64,000 bases of DNA. Origin: Candidatus Poribacteria bacterium. GTDB taxonomy: Bacteria > Poribacteria > WGA-4E > WGA-3G. Position numbers and translations under genes: made by a program. Positions 51,238 through 59,637 of the stretch are shown here, one piece after another; within the stretch, counting starts at the first letter, position 1; every line of letters starts with the position of its first letter. The stretch is taken from NCBI GenBank assembly GCA_965205025.1, contig CBDBFU010000015.1:64001-128000 (forward strand), read 5' to 3'. The notes below the pieces were generated by a model, which was given only the letters and a program-made list of their open reading frames with translations, was not told where the DNA came from and searched no databases.

Positions 51238-51309
51238 GTACTCCAGTGGAGTACTATGTCTATAGAAAACAATATCGGAACAATCTGGCACTCCAGCGGA
51301 GTGCTATGT
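51238..51309. repeat. Hairpin-TATGTCTATAG doublet, 50-bp period
   Basis: GTACTCC-AGT-GGAGTAC-TATGTCTATAG and GCACTCC-AGC-GGAGTGC-TATGT. Confidence 0.75.
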
Positions 51310-51350
51310 GCCAATACACTTCGTATGAAAAACATATAAGTACTTAATAC

Positions 51351-51670
51351 ACACTTAAGTTATGATGTAATTAACGTATGTGATTCACGGAAATTGGTAT
51401 AATTAAAATTATAAACCCTTATAGAATAAGGCTTCGTAAAAATGCTCCGTGAAGGTTTCCGTGAAAGTGCAATCATCTCAATACGATGAATATTAACACT
51501 TTTTCCATTCACAATAACCATACATCTAATATAATTATGAGATTGACAGATGAAGGTCTCAATGCCATAATGGAGTTGAGATGTAGGTAAATGAACAATA
51601 CTTAGGAAAAAATATTGGTATCCAGATACAATTGCAGGATGATGTTGAGTGCCAAAAACTTTACACACCC
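51351..51670. repeat. Family D dispersed repeat (inverted copy of 15717-16015)
   Basis: Shares ACACTTAAGTTAT, TCCGTGAA repeats, AACCCTTATAGAATAAGG and a GCCAAAAACTT..ACCC end. Confidence 0.75.
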
Positions 51671-51737
51671 GCTATTAGATTTAACCTGCAAAAATCATAA
51701 TGTTATGTTAAAATATGTGAAATTAGGATATCTATCA

Positions 51738-52532
51738 ATGAACAACAGAATTCTGATAATCTCTCTAATATTAATATCGATCCTTAGTATAATTCTTCAA
51801 TATAATTTTCGTATAGAAGTAGATGCACGATTGATTAAAGGAGAAACAGATACTCCTTTCTCACATGACCTATTTAATCAGATCTTACAAAGATACGTAG
51901 ATGATGGTCGTGTTGATTATACAAGGTTGAAAGAAAATTCCGAGGTTTTTGATACGTATTTAGATCAATTGGCAACTGCGAATCCTACAGAGATGAATTA
52001 CAATGAACAATTAGCCTTCTGGATAAATGCATATAATGCACTAATCATCAAAGGTGTTATAGACCATTACCCTACAAAAAGTGTACGGAAGGTAAAATTA
52101 TTTGGAGGTTTTTTCTATCGTTTAAAGTTTCAAGTTGCAGATGAGACATATACACTGAATCAAATTGAACACGATATCATCCGTACTGAATTTGTTGATC
52201 CAAGAGTCCATTTTGCATTGGTGTGTGCATCCTTAAGTTGTCCACATTTAGAAAATACTGTCTTCTTACCTGAAACAATTGAAGAACAATTGGATGAAGT
52301 TACACAGAAATTTATCACTGATCCAGAAAAGGTCAAAATTGACAGACAAAAACGAAGGGTTTATCTATCAAAAATATTCAAATGGTATAAAGAAGATTTT
52401 ACAGAAGGTTACGACGGTGTACCAGATTTTCTTGCTGATTACCTACCTTCAGATGATGCAGAATTTGTGTTAGAGAAAGATATTAAGTTGGTTTATTTAG
52501 ATTATGATTGGTCATTGAATGACAAAAAATGA
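51738..52532 (+). CDS. DUF547 domain protein
   Basis: GRVDY, LAFWINAYNA, TLNQIEH, DPRVHFALVCASLSCP, LSKIFKWY, YDWSLN; start set at ATG 51738. Confidence 0.9.
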   Translation: MNNRILIISLILISILSIILQYNFRIEVDARLIKGETDTPFSHDLFNQILQRYVDDGRVDYTRLKENSEVFDTYLDQLATANPTEMNYNEQLAFWINAYNALIIKGVIDHYPTKSVRKVKLFGGFFYRLKFQVADETYTLNQIEHDIIRTEFVDPRVHFALVCASLSCPHLENTVFLPETIEEQLDEVTQKFITDPEKVKIDRQKRRVYLSKIFKWYKEDFTEGYDGVPDFLADYLPSDDAEFVLEKDIKLVYLDYDWSLNDKK

Positions 52533-52572
52533 AAGGGAATATTGACTTGATATTTGTCAATTAAGGATTTAT

Positions 52573-53610
52573 ATGATTAATACCGCAGTTATCGGTTATG
52601 GTTATGCTGGACGCGCTTTTCACTCCTATCTTGTAAGTTTAGCAGAGGGATTAAACTTATATGCTATTGCTACACGGAATGATGAAAGGCGCGCAGCCGC
52701 ACAAGAAGCATATCCAGGTGTAAAAAGTTATAAAACTATAGATGAAGTTATAGCAGATGATGCAATTAGTCTTGTCGTTTTGGCGACACCACATGATACC
52801 CATGCAGAATTAGCAATTAAAGCAATGGAGGCTGGAAAGCATCTGGTTACAGATAAAATCATGGCTATGAACACTGCAGAAGCAGATGCTATGATTGATG
52901 CAAGTAAACGAAATGATGTCCTCCTTAGTGTATTTCATAATCGACGATGGGATTGGGATTATCTCACAGTAAAAAAAGTGATCGCAGACGGTCTACTTGG
53001 TACACCCTATCTATTCCAAGTCGCAATCATGCGATATGGTGCACCTGGTGGATGGCGCGGTGTAAAAAGTCAAAGTGGAGGGATTCTATATGATTGGCCT
53101 GCACACTTCGTGGACCAAGCAATTCAATTCGGGGATTCACCTGTTGAATCTGTATTCTGTGATATTTATTACAGTAAAAAATGGGAGACTGATATAGGAA
53201 ACTATGGAAACCTATACATCAATTTCCAGAATGATATCAGGTACCAAATTGAGATTAGTAATCTCTCAAAAGCAGATAAGCCACGTTGGTATGTTGTCGG
53301 TGATGAAGGCGGATTAATTAAATATGGTTTAGATCCACAAGAAGGTCCAATGCGGGATGGAAATATAGATGCTGCTGCAGAAGATCCACAGAATTATGCT
53401 AAAGTCTGGACAGAAGCAGGTGGGGAAAACAGAGAACTCGTCATTGAAAGTGTAAAGGGATCATGGAAATCGTATTACCAGAACATTGCGGATGTCTTGA
53501 ACAATGACGCTGAACTAGTTGTCAGACCTGAAGAAATACGCAAAGTTATGCAGGTCTATGATGCAGCAATGGAATCCGCGGAAACTGGTCAAACAGTTAG
53601 AATAAATTAA
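52573..53610 (+). CDS. Gfo/Idh/MocA oxidoreductase (YdgJ/IolW-like)
   Basis: IGYGYAG..FH, ATPHDTH, DKIM, VFHNRRWD, GGILYD..HFVD. Confidence 0.92.
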   Translation: MINTAVIGYGYAGRAFHSYLVSLAEGLNLYAIATRNDERRAAAQEAYPGVKSYKTIDEVIADDAISLVVLATPHDTHAELAIKAMEAGKHLVTDKIMAMNTAEADAMIDASKRNDVLLSVFHNRRWDWDYLTVKKVIADGLLGTPYLFQVAIMRYGAPGGWRGVKSQSGGILYDWPAHFVDQAIQFGDSPVESVFCDIYYSKKWETDIGNYGNLYINFQNDIRYQIEISNLSKADKPRWYVVGDEGGLIKYGLDPQEGPMRDGNIDAAAEDPQNYAKVWTEAGGENRELVIESVKGSWKSYYQNIADVLNNDAELVVRPEEIRKVMQVYDAAMESAETGQTVRIN

Positions 53611-53645
53611 CTTACTATGCACTCTTGAAAAACCAGCTGATATAA

Positions 53646-53736
53646 TGTTCAGAATGTGGACATAGTGTCCAGTTTCTGTCATTAATTATACCTTATAGAA
53701 TGTGCTATAGTCTCCTTTAATGGCATAATAATTGCT
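53646..53736 (+). promoter_or_regulatory. Sigma54 (-24/-12) promoter with upstream palindromic activator site
   Basis: TGGCATAATAATTGCT at 53721-53736 (GG-N10-GC); TGT-N11-ACA at 53646-53662 and TGGACA-TAG-TGTCCA at 53657-53671. Confidence 0.65.
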
Positions 53737-53774
53737 CATTATTAGCATAATAACTCTGTCTACAGGAGTATAAA

Positions 53775-54890
53775 ATGAAAAAGAAGAACTTGATTGCTTT
53801 TATAATAATTCCTTTCCTGGTATGTGTCTCCACATATCTCTATGCACATCCACATACAGAAGAGGGTACCGCAAAATATGATGAATTAAATAAACGCGTA
53901 ATTGCCAGTATTGATAAAGGATTAGATTGGTTGGAAGGTCAACAAGGCGAGGATGGATTATTTGCTGATCATCCAGGAATAACAGCACTTGCAATCACCG
54001 CATTTCTACGACACCCACAGAAGAAATATTCTGAAGAAGAACACCCTTTTATTTCCAAAGCCATACAACGCTTAATTTCAATGCAGCAAGAGAATGGGGC
54101 AATATATGATGTAACTAAACAACCCGCATTACCCAATTATAATACATCAATTTCAATTATGGCAATTTCTTCAACGGGAAATAAAAAGTATGAGAGTGTA
54201 ATCAAAAAAGCACAAGAGTTCGTAAAGAGTTTACAAATTCAAGACGAGGAAAGTGTCTATTACGGTGGAATTGGTTACGGAAGTCGCGAATCCGTTCATG
54301 ATCTCTCTAATCTTAATCTTGCAATCCAAGCATTAAAAGAAAGTGGTGATGATGATCAGGAAGTTTGGAACAAAGCAGTCAAGTTTCTTGAACGGACACA
54401 GAATCGCAGTGAGAGTAATGATCAAAAATGGGCAGGAAATGATGGTGGCTTTATCTATTCACCTGACGGAGAAAGTAAAGCTGGAATTGATAAAGCAGGG
54501 AGTCCACGCTCCTATGCCAGCATGACCTATGCAGGACTCCTAAGTTTCATATATGCCAATGTTGATAAGAATGATGATCGTGTGAAATCTGCAGTACAAT
54601 GGATCGCAAAACACTTCACTGTTGAAGAGAATTACGGGATGGGCGCACAAGGTCTGTATTATAATTATCACACCATGGCTAAAGCTTTACGACTTTATGG
54701 CAAACCTACCATTATAGATACTAAAGGAGTCGAACACGATTGGTATGAAGAACTTGCGGAAAAATTAATTGAAGTCCAAAAACTCGATGGTTCATGGGTA
54801 AACGAAGAGAGTCGATGGATGGAGGCATTACCTGTGTTAGCTACAAGTTACGCAATTCTATCTCTTGATACAGCATACCCTTCACATTAG
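53775..54890 (+). CDS. Secreted prenyltransferase/squalene-oxidase-repeat (alpha-alpha toroid) protein
   Basis: Signal peptide; repeats WLEGQQGEDG, MQQENGA, FLERTQN..DGGFIY, QKLDGSW. Confidence 0.8.
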   Translation: MKKKNLIAFIIIPFLVCVSTYLYAHPHTEEGTAKYDELNKRVIASIDKGLDWLEGQQGEDGLFADHPGITALAITAFLRHPQKKYSEEEHPFISKAIQRLISMQQENGAIYDVTKQPALPNYNTSISIMAISSTGNKKYESVIKKAQEFVKSLQIQDEESVYYGGIGYGSRESVHDLSNLNLAIQALKESGDDDQEVWNKAVKFLERTQNRSESNDQKWAGNDGGFIYSPDGESKAGIDKAGSPRSYASMTYAGLLSFIYANVDKNDDRVKSAVQWIAKHFTVEENYGMGAQGLYYNYHTMAKALRLYGKPTIIDTKGVEHDWYEELAEKLIEVQKLDGSWVNEESRWMEALPVLATSYAILSLDTAYPSH

Positions 54891-54910
54891 TTGATACAAT
54901 CCTTCCTATT

Positions 54911-54936
54911 AAGGCGGATACCAATCCGCCTTTTTT
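54911..54936 (+). terminator. Rho-independent terminator
   Basis: AAGGCGGA-loop-TCCGCCTT followed by a T-tract. Confidence 0.8.
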
Positions 54937-54940
54937 ATTT

Positions 54941-55086
54941 TAACGTCAGTTTGATAATGAAAAATGTCAGTTCGATAAACAGAATTTTGTCCTGAAGATA
55001 GTCTTTGTAGCACAAACTTTCCAGTTTGTGCACTCTGGTGTTAACTAAAAGTTCGGGTTAAAATGTGTCTTATCAAACTCACGTTA
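54941..55086. mobile_element. Family E 146-bp MITE-like element
   Basis: Reverse-complement copy of 8824-8969. Confidence 0.85.
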
Positions 55087-55387
55087 TTTTACATTTCTAT
55101 TCATTTTCAAATCATCTAAACCTATCCTTAACTATCACTTTTAAATTGCATTTTGTGTTTATGTAAAAGTTAAGATTATATAAATTTGACTTCATACACT
55201 CTCTTCAAAAAGTATAGAAATTATGTATAAACAATTTCACAATTAAACGTCTAATTATGTTAAAAAGAGCGATTACATTGGTACAATATTAATAGTAGAT
55301 TTTAAAATTAAACAATATTTAATGTAATATATAGAATCAGTCATAAAATGATTTACTCGTACTCCTTTATTCTGCTTGGAGATAACA

Positions 55388-56689
55388 ATGCGAATTCTTG
55401 AATGTCTATCAGTAGGAATCGTAGCAATAAAATCTAATAAGATGCGATCACTGTTAACGATGCTTGGAATCATAATCGGTGTTGCGTCGGTATTAGCAAT
55501 GATTTCAATTGGAGATGGGGCAAAAGAAATTGTATTACGTGACGCTCAAAAACTCGGTGGAGCGAACCAATTTACAATATACAGAACTTGGTATAAACAA
55601 GTAGGTACACGTTGGGTCAGAGTCCGAAGCAGTGAGTATATGCAATATGAAGATGTCTTAGCAATTGAAGCAGAATGTCCATCAGTTAGTATTGTTACAC
55701 CCAGGATTCCAGAATGGAAAGGTGCATTAATTGAAGCTGCAAAAGGCTCACAAACTCGAGCAGGCTATAATGGTGTGGATGCTTCATATAAAACTGCTAT
55801 GGAATGGGATATCCAAGAAGGTAGGTTCATATCGGATGAAGACGTTGAGAATTCAGCAAGTATATGTGTTCTTGGAGATGAGGTGGCAAAATCATTATTT
55901 GGAGATAAATCACCTATCGGAGAAGAAATAAAAATAGCAAGAGGTGAAGGAAGGTATGATCGATGGGGTAGACGTGATAGTAAACGTTCTACGGAACGGT
56001 TTACAGTAGTTGGAACACTCGTACCAAGAGGGAGAAGTCTACGATTTGGCTGGAGTTTTGACAATCTTGTTTTTCTACCAATATCTACTATACAAGAACG
56101 CTTTACCGGAAATGACAGAATTCAAGATATTGTAGTGTATGCCAAATCTCCAGAGTTAGTCTCTAAGGCAATAGAGGAAGTGAAGACGGTCATACGGAAA
56201 AGACACAGAAACCAAGATGATTTTGTCAGGATTTGGGATATGCGTGAAGGTATGGCACAGTTAGAGAAGATTAGTAAAGTTATTAAGATTGCATTAGGTA
56301 GTATTGCAGGATTCTCTTTGCTTGTTGGTGGAATCGGAATTATGAACATGATGTTAGTTGCAGTCACTGAAAGAACTCGTGAAATTGGACTACGTAAAGC
56401 ACTGGGGGCAACACGTTTTGATATTATGATTCAATTCCTTGTGGAAGCAGTAATCATGTGTGGATTAGGAGGATTGATCGGAATTGGTATAGGGATTTTC
56501 GCGGGGCAAGGTATGGCTCTTCTCGCAGTGAAGATAGCAAAAATCGTTCCAGACTGGCCGTCTGTCGTTTCTTCTCAATGGGTCATAATTTCCATTTCAT
56601 TCTCTGCATTAATTGGTATAACCTTTGGTTTATATCCTGCTATCAAAGCATCTTCTCTATCTCCTATCGAAGCTTTAAGAACCGACTAA
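55388..56689 (+). CDS. MacB/FtsX-family ABC transporter permease
   Basis: RSLLTMLGIIIGV, GGIGIMNMMLVAVTERTREIGLRKALGA, PIEALR. Confidence 0.93.
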   Translation: MRILECLSVGIVAIKSNKMRSLLTMLGIIIGVASVLAMISIGDGAKEIVLRDAQKLGGANQFTIYRTWYKQVGTRWVRVRSSEYMQYEDVLAIEAECPSVSIVTPRIPEWKGALIEAAKGSQTRAGYNGVDASYKTAMEWDIQEGRFISDEDVENSASICVLGDEVAKSLFGDKSPIGEEIKIARGEGRYDRWGRRDSKRSTERFTVVGTLVPRGRSLRFGWSFDNLVFLPISTIQERFTGNDRIQDIVVYAKSPELVSKAIEEVKTVIRKRHRNQDDFVRIWDMREGMAQLEKISKVIKIALGSIAGFSLLVGGIGIMNMMLVAVTERTREIGLRKALGATRFDIMIQFLVEAVIMCGLGGLIGIGIGIFAGQGMALLAVKIAKIVPDWPSVVSSQWVIISISFSALIGITFGLYPAIKASSLSPIEALRTD

Positions 56690-56850
56690 TATACTCTCAA
56701 TATGAATTATGAATTATCCGGTTAGGATTCGAGTTTCCACGATAATTACTATAAACCGGTTAATGATTAAAGCGTCAAAATATAAATAATTACAATGTCT
56801 AAATAATTCAATATCTTCAATTCTATCAACAAAATTTTAGATGATTTCCT

Positions 56851-56877
56851 GAACTTTCCAACTTCTTGTCTGTCTAA
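56851..56877 (+). promoter_or_regulatory. SigmaE-like promoter GAACTT-N16-TCTAA
   Basis: Matches the classical RpoE consensus, 36 bp upstream of permease 2. Confidence 0.5.
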
Positions 56878-56913
56878 CAAGCCAACCACTACTATATTTT
56901 CTGAGGATATACA

Positions 56914-58215
56914 ATGCGAATACTTGAAGGTTTACTTGTTGGAATATCTGCTATACGCGGCAACAAACTTCGTTCTTTATTGACGATGTTGGGCATTATT
57001 ATAGGAGTTGCATCTGTATTAGCAATGATCTCAATTGGAGATGGTGCCAAAGAGATTGTCTTGCAAGATGCACAGAAACTCGGTGGAGTAAATCAATTTA
57101 CTATGTACCGTAGTAGTTACAAACGTGTAGGCAGACGATGGATGCCAAATCGAAGCAATGAATACTTTGACTATGACGATGTACTGGCTATTGAGGCAGA
57201 ATGTCCCTCTGTGAAAGTTGTTGTTCCTCGTATCCCAGAGTGGGGTGGTGTACACATACAGACACAAGATGGTTCTGAAACACGTAGTGGCTACAATGGA
57301 GTAAATGCCTCGTTCTCTGAAGCCATGGATTGGAAAATTGAGGAAGGTCGTTTTATTTCACTGGAGGATATGGAAAATAAAGCAAAAGTTTGTGTTCTTG
57401 GTACAGAGGTAGCCGCAAATCTGTTTGGTACCAAATCACCAATTGACAAAGAAATAAAAATTGGTAGAGGAGGCGACCGTTTTGATCGATGGGGTAGAAA
57501 GGATCAAGCACGTATTGCTGAGAGGTTTACCGTTGTAGGAACTATGGAACACCGGGGTAGAAGTTTACGTTTCGGATGGAATTTAGATGATATGGTCTTT
57601 CTTCCAATTACGACAACACAGGAGCGTTTTACAGGAAATGATAGGATTGTTATGTTATCTGTTCACGCAAATACTGTTGATCAGGTGCCAGATGCCATTG
57701 AAGAAGTGAAAGCAGTCTTGCGTAAACGACATAAGAATCAAGACGACTTTTTCAGCCTTAGAGATATGCGAGAAGGTATGGCACAGTTAGATAAAATTAG
57801 TAAAGTTATTAAAATTGCGTTGGGTAGTATTGCCGGTTTCTCACTCCTTGTAGGTGGTATAGGCATTATGAATATGATGTTGGTGGCTGTATCAGAACGC
57901 ACTCGTGAAATTGGACTTCGAAAATCACTCGGTGCAAAACGGTACGATATTTTAATACAATTCCTCATTGAATCAATTGTAATGTGTACTATCGGTGGTG
58001 CTATAGGAGTTGGATTAGGTATTGTGTCTGGAAATGCAATGGCACTTTTAGCAGTGAAAATCGTCAGGATTGTTCCTGATTGGCCAGCAGTCGTCTCAAC
58101 ACAATGGGTTATTATTTCTGTATCTTTCTCTGCTTTAATTGGAATTTCTTTTGGTCTGTATCCAGCATTGAAAGCTTCCAATCTTTCTCCAATTGAAGCA
58201 TTACGAACAGAATAA
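56914..58215 (+). CDS. MacB/FtsX-family ABC transporter permease (close paralog of 55388-56689)
   Basis: Same motifs; long stretches identical to permease 1. Confidence 0.93.
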   Translation: MRILEGLLVGISAIRGNKLRSLLTMLGIIIGVASVLAMISIGDGAKEIVLQDAQKLGGVNQFTMYRSSYKRVGRRWMPNRSNEYFDYDDVLAIEAECPSVKVVVPRIPEWGGVHIQTQDGSETRSGYNGVNASFSEAMDWKIEEGRFISLEDMENKAKVCVLGTEVAANLFGTKSPIDKEIKIGRGGDRFDRWGRKDQARIAERFTVVGTMEHRGRSLRFGWNLDDMVFLPITTTQERFTGNDRIVMLSVHANTVDQVPDAIEEVKAVLRKRHKNQDDFFSLRDMREGMAQLDKISKVIKIALGSIAGFSLLVGGIGIMNMMLVAVSERTREIGLRKSLGAKRYDILIQFLIESIVMCTIGGAIGVGLGIVSGNAMALLAVKIVRIVPDWPAVVSTQWVIISVSFSALIGISFGLYPALKASNLSPIEALRTE

Positions 58216-58225
58216 GAGGTAATCG

Positions 58226-59542
58226 ATGAATCTATTTGAATGTATACTATTAGGTATTACAAGTCTTCGACGCAATCCTTTACGGTCCAGTCTTACTATA
58301 TTAGGTATCATCGTGGGTGTTGGTTCTGTTGTAAGTATGGTCTCTGTTGGTGATGGTTCTCGTGAAATGGTATTACGCGAGATAGAACGAACAGGTGGAA
58401 CCAAGATTGTGGAAATAGTTCGTGATGAATGGGATAAACAATCTGGTACTCTAAGTAGGGCTGCAGGTGAGGCAGTTAGAGGTAGAGGAAGATGGCGGAG
58501 AAACCGGGCAGAACATTTAGAAACTGATGATGCCTATGCCATACTTAGGGGTGCAAGGGGTGTAGTAAATGTTATTGCAGAGGATGATATGGGTGGTTGG
58601 AGTGTCAATTATAAAGGTAGAACTAAAGAATCCAGGATTGTTGCCTCAACTGCTGGCTACGATAGATCCCATAACTGGTATCCTTCCACGGGAAGATTCT
58701 TCAAGGAAAATGAGGTAGAATCGGCAAGCAGCGTTGCTGTGATTGGATCAAAAATTGCAGAAGAGGTATTTCTCAATGAGGATCCGGTTGGAAAAGAAAT
58801 AAAAGCATCCCGTCCTTCATATTGGCGTGGTTTCAGTGGATTATATGAAGTCCGTTTGAAGGTTATTGGAGTTATGGAAGAAAAAGGTGATGCAATGGAT
58901 ACTACTGGATGGGATGATAGATTCATAATTCCTATTTCAACATTGCAAGAAAGATTTAAGGGACGCCAGGATGTTGAACGTATACGTGTTGAAGCAGTGG
59001 ATGTTGATAACATACCACAAGTCGTTTCAGACGCAAAAAACATATTAGGTAGAATTCATAATAATACTGGTGAAGAATATAGTTATTGGACTGCTACTGA
59101 GGAATTGGCAACAGCAAATAAAGTCGGTTTTGTGATGAAGGCGTTGATGGGTGGTATTGCCGGTATTGCTCTAATAGTTGCGGGTATTGGTGTGATGAAT
59201 ATTATGCTGGTATCTGTTACCGATCGCACTCGAGAAATTGGATTACGTAAAGCGTTGGGGGCTACCTTTAACGACATTATCACACAATTTCTAATTGAGG
59301 CATCTGTTCTTACTATCACTGGTGGGATATTGGGGTCAATATTAGGTGTTTTTATGGGTAAAGGAACTGCTGCCCTTATCTCAAAATTTGTTTGGGAAGG
59401 CAGTGATTGGCCCTCTGTCATTTCATTTTTCACTATGTTTATCGCATTAGTAATTTCAGTTGCCATAGGTGTATTCTTCGGATTATACCCTGCACATAAA
59501 GCTGCTAAACTAACACCTGTAGAAGCACTAAGGTCTGATTAA
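58226..59542 (+). CDS. MacB/FtsX-family ABC transporter permease
   Basis: RSSLTILGIIVGV, GIGVMNIMLVSVTDRTREIG, PVEALR. Confidence 0.93.
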   Translation: MNLFECILLGITSLRRNPLRSSLTILGIIVGVGSVVSMVSVGDGSREMVLREIERTGGTKIVEIVRDEWDKQSGTLSRAAGEAVRGRGRWRRNRAEHLETDDAYAILRGARGVVNVIAEDDMGGWSVNYKGRTKESRIVASTAGYDRSHNWYPSTGRFFKENEVESASSVAVIGSKIAEEVFLNEDPVGKEIKASRPSYWRGFSGLYEVRLKVIGVMEEKGDAMDTTGWDDRFIIPISTLQERFKGRQDVERIRVEAVDVDNIPQVVSDAKNILGRIHNNTGEEYSYWTATEELATANKVGFVMKALMGGIAGIALIVAGIGVMNIMLVSVTDRTREIGLRKALGATFNDIITQFLIEASVLTITGGILGSILGVFMGKGTAALISKFVWEGSDWPSVISFFTMFIALVISVAIGVFFGLYPAHKAAKLTPVEALRSD

Positions 59543-59637
59543 CACCCATCCAGCATTGAATCATAATAAAGATGGATTTATATTTATCTGATGAGTTGAA
59601 TTGTTGCTACATTGAATATTCTATGGAGGAATAGGTT

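Noticed and set aside
50489-51309. Possible CRISPR array from the palindromic 50-bp units
   Set aside because: Only two units per locus, the repeats vary, the spacers are short and no cas genes are present.
51615-51737. N-terminal extension of DUF547 and small ORFs at 50470-51668
   Set aside because: They lie in repeat-derived DNA with no recognisable motifs; the signal-peptide-like start is at 51738.
53775-54890. Squalene-hopene or oxidosqualene cyclase
   Set aside because: Too short, has a signal peptide and lacks the DXDD/DCTAE catalytic motif.
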